A stretch of 64,000 nucleotides of DNA from positions 3,716 to 67,715 of the IMG/VR virus record IMGVR_UViG_3300037423_000582; one strand, written 5' to 3'. The stretch comes from a virus. Lineage: Duplodnaviria; Caudoviricetes. Positions 45,611 through 54,149 of the stretch are shown piece after piece. A program made the position numbers and the translations under genes. Each line of letters opens with the position of its first letter. Within the stretch, counting starts at the first letter, position 1. The notes under the pieces were generated by a model. The model was given only the letters and a program-made list of their open reading frames with translations, had not been told where the DNA came from and searched no databases.

Positions 45611-46162
45611 ATGGCAACCAAGGCACAACTCGCACAAGCACAGAAAGACATCGCAGCACAACGCGCTAAGCGTGGGGAGAACACGGCACGTGCGGCCACG
45701 CATGCACGCAAGGTGCAGCCGGAAGTCCAGCATGCAGACGTCGAGGCTGATGCCGAGATCGCTGCGTTCATGGCGTCGCTGCCCAGCCCCGGCCGCGTGG
45801 TCGTCGGCATGATCCTCGGCATCGTGGCCGCTGGCACCGTGGGCTACGGCATCGGCATGCTCATGAGCTACGCGCTCGCGGGCATCGCAACGCTGACCGG
45901 CAGCGCAGCGCTCGCATTCATGCTCAGCGTGCTGGTCTGGGTGATCGGCATATACGCATCGTGGAAGATCGGCGGCTATGTCGGCAGCAAGGTGTTCGGC
46001 AGCGTCGTGCTGCCCGACGGCTTGGTCAGCAAATGCTGCGCATCGCTGTCGCTTGGTTTCGGCGGCATGAAGGATGTGGTCGTTGAAAAAGCGAACGACA
46101 TCGGCGCAGTGCAGCGCATGCGCGACTTCACCGGCGCGTTCACGAAGCCGGTGGCAGCATGA
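45611..46162 (+). CDS. membrane protein (2 TM)
   Basis: AAAGGA SD; two long hydrophobic Gly/Ala segments. Confidence 0.7.
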   Translation: MATKAQLAQAQKDIAAQRAKRGENTARAATHARKVQPEVQHADVEADAEIAAFMASLPSPGRVVVGMILGIVAAGTVGYGIGMLMSYALAGIATLTGSAALAFMLSVLVWVIGIYASWKIGGYVGSKVFGSVVLPDGLVSKCCASLSLGFGGMKDVVVEKANDIGAVQRMRDFTGAFTKPVAA

Positions 46163-46356
46163 ACGGCCCCATCGCAGCATTTCTTCAGCACGCGCTGGAT
46201 ACCGGTATGAGCATCGAAGATGCAGCGCTCGGTGTTGTTAACGCGATCGATGCGGAAGCCGCGATCAAGTGCGAGCAGCATGTGCGAGACCGTGCCGAAT
46301 ACACCGGCGAAGCGCAGCGCGAGCGCGAAGCATTCCTTGAGGAGTGCTACTCATGA
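46159..46356 (+). CDS. hypothetical protein
   Basis: ATGA overlap. Confidence 0.5.
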   Translation: MNGPIAAFLQHALDTGMSIEDAALGVVNAIDAEAAIKCEQHVRDRAEYTGEAQREREAFLEECYS

Positions 46357-46450
46357 CTCCGCGCATGCAGGCTCGGATGGCGATCACGCTGACGAAGCAC
46401 AACGCGCACGTTCTCGCGTACTACGCGCATCAACGCATGGCGAGGCACAC

Positions 46451-46738
46451 ATGATCATCGAATCCGGCGTCGTCGTGGCGCTGGGTTTGATCTTCATCTT
46501 CATCAAACTCAGCTGGCGTTGGCGACTGCGCATGCTCGGTTTTCCAGTGACGTTGGACATCGGAACCTTCGTGTTTTTGAACTGGCTCCACTCGGGCACC
46601 TTTTCTGGATTAATGGTCGCCGCAGTCGGTGCGTTGGTGTGCTCAGCACTCATCTCAATCGGCCGCAAAATGTTCGGCTACATCGAACGTGGCAAGTACA
46701 TCGCAGGTCGTATCAATGTGTACGACCGCATCAAATGA
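46451..46738 (+). CDS. membrane protein (about 3 TM)
   Basis: GAGG SD; hydrophobic throughout. Confidence 0.7.
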   Translation: MIIESGVVVALGLIFIFIKLSWRWRLRMLGFPVTLDIGTFVFLNWLHSGTFSGLMVAAVGALVCSALISIGRKMFGYIERGKYIAGRINVYDRIK

Positions 46739-46769
46739 TTTATATCGTTTATACCGTTTAGGAGTTCAA

Positions 46770-47003
46770 ATGAACCTCATCACCGAGGACAAACTGGAGC
46801 GGCACGTCGCAGCACAGCGTGATGCGTTCGACACAGCGATGCGCAATGCGCAAGAAAATATTCGCTGGCTCAAACACATGAACACTACGGCATCAGCTGT
46901 GCTGTACTCGCAAGACGCAGCGCAGTACTACCGCAACGCATCTATACATCTCGTCGCAATGGCCGACGCTATCGATGCCTTCAACAAGGAGCAAACGAAA
47001 TGA
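46770..47003 (+). CDS. hypothetical protein
   Basis: AGGAG SD. Confidence 0.65.
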   Translation: MNLITEDKLERHVAAQRDAFDTAMRNAQENIRWLKHMNTTASAVLYSQDAAQYYRNASIHLVAMADAIDAFNKEQTK

Positions 47004-47149
47004 GCATCGTCCAACCGAAGCGCACGGTTCGCATGAACGCCGCGCAGTATCTTGAACTGCTGCGCGCGAGGATCGAACAGCGTCGCGTCGACATCGTCAT
47101 GCTGTACACGCCGATGAATGCACATGTCCTGCGCGTGCGGGTGCACTAG
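47000..47149 (+). CDS. small hypothetical protein (49 aa)
   Basis: AAGGAG SD; ATGA overlap; the next ATG follows the TAG directly. Confidence 0.55.
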   Translation: MSIVQPKRTVRMNAAQYLELLRARIEQRRVDIVMLYTPMNAHVLRVRVH

Positions 47150-47341
47150 ATGAGCACCGACACATGGGACACATCGGAATTCTCGGTCAACGAAATTCTG
47201 TACATGGGCCACGAGCCGCTGGTGTACATCGTCGAGCACACGATCGGCGATGCACTGGCTGACCCGTTCGAATTGATCGCACGCCTCGAAGAAGAATTCG
47301 GGCAGCCGATCATCAAGCATAGGAGGCAGGAACCGATGTAG
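47150..47341 (+). CDS. small acidic hypothetical protein
   Basis: Abuts the upstream stop. Confidence 0.5.
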   Translation: MSTDTWDTSEFSVNEILYMGHEPLVYIVEHTIGDALADPFELIARLEEEFGQPIIKHRRQEPM

Positions 47342-47576
47342 CCGCATCACGTCTTCACCAGCACACGCTGGCGTAGAAGCGCCACGACATGCGCATGGGT
47401 TCGAACTTGCCCGAGGGTTTGCGGAGTACCCACCCGCGACAACCCGAAGACGGCGCACGCGAATTCTATCCATCCGCCAACCATCAGTGCACATGCTGCG
47501 GCATGGCTCAATGCACGCCGGACGCTGTACCCGGCACCAGTCCACTAATCGATCGAATTTTTCCAGGAGCTTCGCC

Positions 47577-48575
47577 ATGCAATCCATCACCACCATCCAC
47601 CACAACCTGCCGCTCAACGTTTCGAAGCAGATCGTCAAGTCGATCATCGGCTCCCTCAACGCAACCGCAATCGCCTATGCACGTGGCCATCTCCGTTACA
47701 ACGCAGTCGAGAACATCGCTGATCGCAAAGATGCAGACAACGTCCCGACCATCGACGACTACAACGACGCACAGAACGCAGTCGATGAAGCGAACTTCCG
47801 CAACACCACTGTCGCAGACGGCATGGGATTCGAGGTCCAGATGCAGTCCGGTGAACTGGCCGAGAATTTCATGCGTCTGCGGAATTACTTCGCAGCGTTC
47901 CTCGCACAGCATCAAGCCACACAGAACGATGTGCCGCTGTCGATCGCGGAAACCGTGAAGTTCCAGCTCACGCGTCCTGCGCAAAGCAACGACGACATGA
48001 TCGAAGCACTCGCAGCCGCGGTCGACATCGATCCTGAGATGCTGAAGGCTGCGCAGCTGAAGATGGTCACCGATGACACGGCCGACCTGAAGACCAACGC
48101 AGGCAAGGTCATCACCTATCTCGAAACATTCGAGACCTACGCCAAGGATGAAGCGGGCAAGATGGTGCCAGTGTGCGACGAAGACGAGATCTCGATCGAA
48201 TCAATGTTCGACACACTGCCTGCACATGTGCAGTACAAGCTGATGTCCGCAGCGATTCGCGCACACGACAAGGCAGTGCAGAAGGCATTGATGGCTCTAC
48301 TGCGTGGCAAGCTCGATGCGGCTGGCGACAGCAAGATGCTGAAGGCGAACCGTGAATCGCTGGTCGCATGGCTGACCACATTCAGCAAGGTCAAGCGCGT
48401 GCAGCTCGACGCATACCTCGAACGTGGTGGCGTGCTGCCGGAACTCGAAGACCGTACGATTGTGGGCGCAGCGCCGATCGTCACGAGCACAAGCGAAGCA
48501 GCGCCGACGCCGCAAGCGCCAACAACGAAAGGCTCGATGCGTCGCGCACCGCGCCCGGAAGAAGCAGCGAAGTAA
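47577..48575 (+). CDS. helical hypothetical protein (332 aa)
   Basis: AGGAG SD; strong terminator downstream. Confidence 0.75.
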   Translation: MQSITTIHHNLPLNVSKQIVKSIIGSLNATAIAYARGHLRYNAVENIADRKDADNVPTIDDYNDAQNAVDEANFRNTTVADGMGFEVQMQSGELAENFMRLRNYFAAFLAQHQATQNDVPLSIAETVKFQLTRPAQSNDDMIEALAAAVDIDPEMLKAAQLKMVTDDTADLKTNAGKVITYLETFETYAKDEAGKMVPVCDEDEISIESMFDTLPAHVQYKLMSAAIRAHDKAVQKALMALLRGKLDAAGDSKMLKANRESLVAWLTTFSKVKRVQLDAYLERGGVLPELEDRTIVGAAPIVTSTSEAAPTPQAPTTKGSMRRAPRPEEAAK

Positions 48576-48583
48576 AGCACACA

Positions 48584-48628
48584 CGCAGCACTGGCGTCTC
48601 ATACACGAGGCGCTGGTGCTGCGTTTTT
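48584..48628 (+). terminator. long intrinsic terminator
   Basis: 17-bp stem (with G-T pairs) CGCAGCACTGGCGTCTC/GAGGCGCTGGTGCTGCG then TTTTT. Confidence 0.8.
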
Positions 48629-48659
48629 CGCTTTGGCCAGGGGCCTTACGGACTGCAGC

Positions 48660-48884
48660 ACGCACACGAGCACTTTCGACCGCCTTCCAAACTTCGACTT
48701 CCGATCGCAACAAACTCTATATATAACTCTTTTTTTATACCTTCTTTTCTTCTATTTTCTATATAAATAAATAAATATTGGAAGAATAGAAGAATAGAGA
48801 AAAAGGTAGGAAAATCAAATACTTAGGTCTTCCAATCCCCTTCCAAAATCGGCCATTTTCGTGAAAAAGGCCCATTTTGGAAGG
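48660..48884. repeat. AT-rich origin-like element, copy 2 (upstream of primase-helicase)
   Basis: TTTTCTATATAAATAA (48755), GAAGAATAGAAGAA (48781), AAATCAA..ACTTAG..CTTCCAATC (48812); six CTTCC(A/G)/TGGAAG; IR 48839-48849/48874-48884. Confidence 0.75.
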
Positions 48885-49006
48885 GAAAGGTGTCTGTAAA
48901 GATTCTTGGATTTTACAATTGCACTATGGAAGGCGCCCTCGGAAATCGCTATGATGACTCGGCTGTGCGCCCACCACAACACTACAAGAACAGGACCGAT
49001 CTCCCT

Positions 49007-51406
49007 ATGAAAATCGTGTTTTTGGAGGCCCCGATGCCTCTCACAAAAACGTATGTGCGCCGCCCTGACGGCAGCATCGAGAAGCACCCCTATCCGAACG
49101 CATACGAATTTACATCGATCGAGGAGCCCTGCAAGGATCTGAAGGATTTCGAGATTCTGCTTAAAAAACATGCAGCCTTGGGGCACACATTGCTCAAGGG
49201 CGAGGTGTCCCGGCCACTGGTGCGTGAGTCAAGGAAGGGCAGCACGGACAGCAACGGGCAGACCGAGTGGATCGTGCTGGACCTGGACGGACTGCCGAAC
49301 ATCTCCAACGTCGAGCAGTTCCTCACGGCCGTTGGTCTCGACAACGTCTCGTACGTGGTGCAGTACTCTGCAAGCTACGGCATCGAGAATCACGACCTGC
49401 GCGCCCATGTCTTCATGCAGCTGGCCAAGCCCATGGCGGCGCCACTGCTGAAGCAGTGGCTCATCGACCTGAACCACAAGGTCAGCATGCTGCGCGACGC
49501 GATGACGCTGACGAAGACGGCCAACTCGATCTCGTGGGCGCTGGACATCACCGCCTGCCAGAACGACAAGCTGATCTACATCGCACCGCCATTGCTGAAG
49601 GGCGGCATCAAGGACCCGATGGCGAGGAAGCCCCGCATCGTGTACGTCGGCAAACCAGCCGCCAAGCTCATGATGCCAGCACAGATTCCATCGACCGAAA
49701 CCAACAAGGTCAAGACCGACAAGCGCATCAACGAGCTGCGTGAATCGGCCGGCATCCCGGCCCGCAAGTTCACATACAAGATGCTGGGCTCCACGCAGAT
49801 CATGGTCAAGCCCGACAGCGCCACGATCAGCGAGGTCAAGATCGACCGCGGCTTCGTGTACTTCAACCTGAACGGCGGGGATTCGTGGGCCTACTACCAC
49901 CCGGAGAACAACCCGGACTTCATCTTCAATTTCAAGGGCGAGCCGACCTATCTCACCAAGGAGCTGCTGCCCGAGTACTGGGAACAAATCACGCAGCAAT
50001 CGGTCAAGACGACGAGTGGCGGTGTCACCTATCTCACCTTCCTCGACCGGATCACCAGCACCTACTATCGCGGCACTTACGACGCCGGCACCGATGCGCT
50101 GGAAATCAACGCGGCCAAGAACGAGACCCAGGTCCGCCACTTCGCCAAGCAACACGGCGTCCCACTCGGCGACTTCATTCCCGAGTGGGACTTGATCTTC
50201 GACCCGCATGCAGCACCCGGCACGCCGCGCGTCGACATCGCCAGCCGCACGGTCAACCTGTACGAAGCCACCCGCTTCATGAAGGCTGGCAAGCCGAAGC
50301 GTGTCACCACGATGCCGGCGATGATCTCGAAGGTCATCCAGCACGCGCTCGGCGGCGACCCCAAGGTGGTCGACCACTTCATCAACTGGCTGGCCTGCAT
50401 CCTGCAGTTCAAACAGCGCACGCTCACCGCCTGGGTCCTGCATGGCACCGAGGGCACGGGCAAAGGTACGATCATGCACAAGATCATCCGTCCACTGCTG
50501 GGCGAGAAGCACACGGTCATGCGCCACATGGACGAGCTGAACGAGCACTTCAACCACTGGATGGAGAACAAGTTCGTGATCTTCATCGACGAGATCGAGG
50601 CCAAGGCGCTGAACAACGAGCGCGGTGTCGCGGCCAAGCTGCGCAACTTCATCTCCGAGCCGACCATCCCGATCCGCGCCATGCACCAGGGCTCGCGCGA
50701 CGTGGCCAACTTCGGCAACTGGATCTTCGGCTCGAACATGCCCGAGCCGATTGTCATCACAGCGCGCGACCGGCGCTACAATATCGGCGGCTTCCAGTCG
50801 CAGCGCCTCGTGATGGGCGAGAAGGAAATGACGAAGATCGAGAACGAGCTGCAGTCATTCCACGACTTCCTGATGACGTACCGGGCCGACGTCGCTCGTG
50901 CCGCCACGATCCTCGACACCGAGGACCGCCGCACCCTGATCGGCATTTCCGAGACCAGCATCGACGTGGCCGTCTCGCGTGTGCTGTCCGGCGACCTGGA
51001 GTTCTTCGTCGACCAGATGCCGAACGACGACAGCTACAAGCGCAACGCGCTCAAAGCCAGCAAGGTCGCCGACTACCAGGAGGTTCTCCTTCGCCTGATC
51101 GACCGCACGAAGGCCGCGCCGGCCACGCATCCGGGTGCCTGCAATATCTCGCGCGACGAGCTGGCCGTCCTGTTCGGCTACACGGTGGGCAACCTGCCGG
51201 ACACGCCGAACAAGTTCACGTCGATGCTCAAGCACCACCGCATCCACATGACCAAGGTCTGGGTCGACAGCCGCGCGGTCCAGGGCATCAGGACCACATG
51301 GCAGGGCGACGTGCAGGTGTTCGACGACCTGCGCGCCATCGTTGAACCGCCGGCAGTGCAACCCAAGAAAGGCGCACTGCGCGCGGTACAGGGAGGAAGG
51401 AAGTGA
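49007..51406 (+). CDS. primase-polymerase (AEP-like) fused to an SF3 helicase (DUF5906/D5-like)
   Basis: WIVLDLDG, SASYG...RAHVF; Walker A HGTEGTGKG, Walker B IFIDEI, WIFGSN. Alternative start 48890. Confidence 0.85.
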   Translation: MKIVFLEAPMPLTKTYVRRPDGSIEKHPYPNAYEFTSIEEPCKDLKDFEILLKKHAALGHTLLKGEVSRPLVRESRKGSTDSNGQTEWIVLDLDGLPNISNVEQFLTAVGLDNVSYVVQYSASYGIENHDLRAHVFMQLAKPMAAPLLKQWLIDLNHKVSMLRDAMTLTKTANSISWALDITACQNDKLIYIAPPLLKGGIKDPMARKPRIVYVGKPAAKLMMPAQIPSTETNKVKTDKRINELRESAGIPARKFTYKMLGSTQIMVKPDSATISEVKIDRGFVYFNLNGGDSWAYYHPENNPDFIFNFKGEPTYLTKELLPEYWEQITQQSVKTTSGGVTYLTFLDRITSTYYRGTYDAGTDALEINAAKNETQVRHFAKQHGVPLGDFIPEWDLIFDPHAAPGTPRVDIASRTVNLYEATRFMKAGKPKRVTTMPAMISKVIQHALGGDPKVVDHFINWLACILQFKQRTLTAWVLHGTEGTGKGTIMHKIIRPLLGEKHTVMRHMDELNEHFNHWMENKFVIFIDEIEAKALNNERGVAAKLRNFISEPTIPIRAMHQGSRDVANFGNWIFGSNMPEPIVITARDRRYNIGGFQSQRLVMGEKEMTKIENELQSFHDFLMTYRADVARAATILDTEDRRTLIGISETSIDVAVSRVLSGDLEFFVDQMPNDDSYKRNALKASKVADYQEVLLRLIDRTKAAPATHPGACNISRDELAVLFGYTVGNLPDTPNKFTSMLKHHRIHMTKVWVDSRAVQGIRTTWQGDVQVFDDLRAIVEPPAVQPKKGALRAVQGGRK

Positions 51407-51666
51407 GCCAAGCACTCAACACCATCTTCACCCGCGTTATCCGTACCGATCTGCACCGTCACCAGTGCAATCTGGCCGATGCCACGGACCGGCACGATGA
51501 AGTCGCCCAGCGCCGCGCCGAGAAAGGCATCGCGCTGTGGACGTCGAAGCTGCTCTGCCCGCATGCGTGTGTACAGCACAAACGCCTGCGCGTGAATGGC
51601 TTCGACAAACACGCATACAAGTGCATCGCCTGCAAGGCATACACGCTTTCAGACAAGGAGCTATGA
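51403..51666 (+). CDS. small Zn-ribbon-like protein
   Basis: CPHAC...CIAC; GTGA overlap. Confidence 0.6.
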   Translation: MSQALNTIFTRVIRTDLHRHQCNLADATDRHDEVAQRRAEKGIALWTSKLLCPHACVQHKRLRVNGFDKHAYKCIACKAYTLSDKEL

Positions 51667-52166
51667 ACATGACCGGCCTCGCCGACCTGCCTGCCGAATT
51701 TATCGACGGTCGCGGTATCCGAAAGCCGCTACCGCCAGAAGGCTTTGATGACTTTCGCCTGCAGCTGCTGGTCTCGGCCAGCGTCGGCAAGCTCATCAGC
51801 GAGATCGAGCACGCCTACCTGACCAGCGAGGAGATCCGTACGTTGTACCGGACGTTCGACATGACCGAGGAACACAACCGCCCGGTGCAGCGTGCGCTGC
51901 GCCTGGAGATCGCCAGCTCGCGCAAGTACACGCGCTTTCGCTTCCCGAATTGCCCGCAGCTCAAGGCATCCATTCACTGGATTCTCACACGTCATTTGTG
52001 TGAGACAGTCGGACGGGATCACCTGCTCGATATGCACTGCACGATCACGGTCCCGTGCCTGGGCCGGGTGAACAACACGATGGAATGGAGAGAACATGAA
52101 ACGCCTCACAAGCAATCAGGTGATCCTGCTGCTGGCAACGTATCGCGGCACGCAGAACCTCGATAG
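51663..52166 (+). CDS. hypothetical protein
   Basis: AAGGAG SD; ATGA overlap. Confidence 0.55.
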   Translation: MNMTGLADLPAEFIDGRGIRKPLPPEGFDDFRLQLLVSASVGKLISEIEHAYLTSEEIRTLYRTFDMTEEHNRPVQRALRLEIASSRKYTRFRFPNCPQLKASIHWILTRHLCETVGRDHLLDMHCTITVPCLGRVNNTMEWREHETPHKQSGDPAAGNVSRHAEPR

Positions 52167-52560
52167 CAGTATCGGCACGCGTGACCGGGATATTCAGCGG
52201 CTTGTCGAGCTGGGCCTGCTGGAGAACACGCTCGAGCATGAGCTGACCACAGCCGGCTATGACCGTGTCCAGCGCATCCTGAGCGACGAGCCGCTGCCGA
52301 CGCCACCCAGGCTGCCGCCGGTTTCGGAGCAGCATCGTGCGCACCTGAAGGAACTGCTGCGCCTGATCCGGCGCCAGGATCATCCTGCATTCCTGCGTCG
52401 ACTCTTTGAGCTGCGGCGCGAGTATGCCGATCGCGGAATCGACTTCATGTACTTCCTGCGCGCCTCGGACCCGGAGATGGACAGGATCATCAGCGAGATA
52501 AACATCGAGGTGCGGGCCGAGGAAGCCCAGGCCCAACAACAGGACAAGGACACACCATGA
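52096..52560 (+). CDS. hypothetical protein with a winged-helix-like N-terminus
   Basis: GGAG SD; LVELGLL...ELTTAG pattern. Confidence 0.55.
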   Translation: MKRLTSNQVILLLATYRGTQNLDSSIGTRDRDIQRLVELGLLENTLEHELTTAGYDRVQRILSDEPLPTPPRLPPVSEQHRAHLKELLRLIRRQDHPAFLRRLFELRREYADRGIDFMYFLRASDPEMDRIISEINIEVRAEEAQAQQQDKDTP

Positions 52561-53054
52561 TCACCCAAGAAAAATCGCAGCGCCTGCTGCAGCTTGTCGA
52601 AGCTTACCGCGCAGCCGCGGTGGACGAGTCCTGGAAGGGCAGTGGCAGTCCGCTTGACATCCAGATGTGCGAACAGGATCTGGCCAACGCCAAGAACGAT
52701 CTGGACGCATTCATCGCCTCGATCACGGCGAACCGTGACACGATCCACCTGCCGCAGAACATGCGTCAGGCCCGCGCGATGCTCGCCGTGGCCAGCATGT
52801 TCCTGCAGGAGCATGGGCCGAAAAAGCCGCGCAGCGAAAGGGCCCTGCCGCCCGATCCGGATGACCAGAACGATGCGCGTGCCGGCTGGGCAGGTCAGGT
52901 CCTTGATCGCTTCCAGATCATCACCGGCGCCGATTCCAGCGACGCCCTATCCGACCTGCTGGCCGATCTCATGCACTGGTGCGACCGCAACAACCAGGGC
53001 TTTGATACCGAGCTGCAGCGTGCACGCGGCCACTACGAGGAAGAAACGAAATGA
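52557..53054 (+). CDS. two-domain helical hypothetical protein
   Basis: AAGGA SD; C-terminal N.ARA.WA...DLLADLMHW...HYEEE. Confidence 0.65.
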   Translation: MITQEKSQRLLQLVEAYRAAAVDESWKGSGSPLDIQMCEQDLANAKNDLDAFIASITANRDTIHLPQNMRQARAMLAVASMFLQEHGPKKPRSERALPPDPDDQNDARAGWAGQVLDRFQIITGADSSDALSDLLADLMHWCDRNNQGFDTELQRARGHYEEETK

Positions 53055-53383
53055 GTATCGAAGAACAAGGTCAGGACCAGCTCCAAGACGTCATCAAGAC
53101 GCCGCAACGGCTGGCATACGAGGACGCGCAACGTCAGATGGAGGAACGTCTCAACCTTGTACATGGGATGGCCGAGCAGCTGGTCCAGCGCGCCGCTGAA
53201 GCCGGCGTCGTGCTGACGATTGAGACGGTCCCGATCGCCGGCAAGCTGCCGGTAATGGGCCAGTCGGCCTATCGCATCGAGGCGCGTACCGGGCGCGAGG
53301 TGTACCAGTTCCTGGATGCGCTGGAAAAGGCGGCGATCGCGTCGGAGCAGCCTGCCGAACCGGAAAGTGCACCAAACGAGTGA
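53051..53383 (+). CDS. hypothetical protein
   Basis: GAGGA SD; ATGA overlap. Confidence 0.6.
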   Translation: MSIEEQGQDQLQDVIKTPQRLAYEDAQRQMEERLNLVHGMAEQLVQRAAEAGVVLTIETVPIAGKLPVMGQSAYRIEARTGREVYQFLDALEKAAIASEQPAEPESAPNE

Positions 53384-53407
53384 GCCAGTCGCGCCATAAT
53401 CACGGTA

Positions 53408-53448
53408 TTGACAATTTTTGCTGAGCACAGTAGTTGCCGTTATATAAT
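53408..53448 (+). promoter_or_regulatory. possible sigma70-type promoter of the esterase cassette
   Basis: TTGACA (53408) and TATAAT (53443) are both present but 29 nt apart; TTGCTG (53418) gives a 19-nt spacer. Confidence 0.3.
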
Positions 53449-53478
53449 TTCCTGCAGGTATTCACAAAGGAGGAAGTC

Positions 53479-53757
53479 ATGGCAACTACTACGCTTATGC
53501 AGAACCAGACCAGTACCGGCCCCGGCAACTGGGTCACCATTAACCCGGCCTTGGCCCGTACTATCCAGGCCGTCATCACCGGCTCGGCATCGGTCGATAT
53601 TGAGGTGTCGAACGACGGCGTGAATGCCGTCAAGGTCCAGACCGGCATCACTGCATCAGGCGGCTACGTCGACAACGATCCGTGGCAGTACGTCCGTGCC
53701 AATGTGACGAGCCTGTCGTCGGGCGCCGTGTCGGTCATCATGGGGACGGCGCAATGA
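53479..53757 (+). CDS. small beta-sandwich, probable virion accessory protein
   Basis: AAGGAGG SD; DIEVSNDG...WQYVRANVT pattern. Confidence 0.65.
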   Translation: MATTTLMQNQTSTGPGNWVTINPALARTIQAVITGSASVDIEVSNDGVNAVKVQTGITASGGYVDNDPWQYVRANVTSLSSGAVSVIMGTAQ

Positions 53758-53942
53758 AGGCCGCAGGACTGAAGATCCCCGGCGCGCTGGTTCCAGGCAC
53801 TCTGCGCATCCTCACCGACTCCTCCGGCGCCATCACAGGGTTGATGGGACCGGACGGCAAGCAGTTCTTGGTCGTGTCGTCGTCCGCTCCAAGCAATTCG
53901 GACGGTCGTCCAGACGGTACGATCTATATCCAGACGGCGTAA
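53754..53942 (+). CDS. small fibre-like protein
   Basis: Ends SSSAPSNSDGRPDGTIYIQT, a fibre-type motif. Confidence 0.55.
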   Translation: MKAAGLKIPGALVPGTLRILTDSSGAITGLMGPDGKQFLVVSSSAPSNSDGRPDGTIYIQTA

Positions 53943-53945
53943 ATC

Positions 53946-54137
53946 ATGGGTATCAAGACAAAAAAAGGCGGTGCTTACTCCAGCATCGTGGGCCTATCCG
54001 TCAAGAAATCAGGCACCTACGTTGCTGTCCAGGGGGCATTTGTAAAAGTGGGCGGCGTGTACCAATCCATTACTCCCACTGCCGCTGGCTTCCACTTCGT
54101 CACGCAACGAAACGGCAGCAATTTCGTATTCGCCTAA
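53946..54137 (+). CDS. small fibre-like protein, in frame with the upstream ORF
   Basis: K.KKGG.Y / VKKSGTY / VKVGGVY triple repeat. Confidence 0.55.
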   Translation: MGIKTKKGGAYSSIVGLSVKKSGTYVAVQGAFVKVGGVYQSITPTAAGFHFVTQRNGSNFVFA

Positions 54138-54149
54138 TAAGGGATTTCC

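Noticed and set aside
47396-47412. GGGTTCGAAC resembling a tRNA T-loop
   Set aside because: The T-stem does not close properly, and there is no acceptor, D or anticodon arm arrangement.
53408-53448. Perfect TTGACA plus TATAAT as one consensus promoter
   Set aside because: The spacer is 29 nt; kept only as a low-confidence regulatory region.
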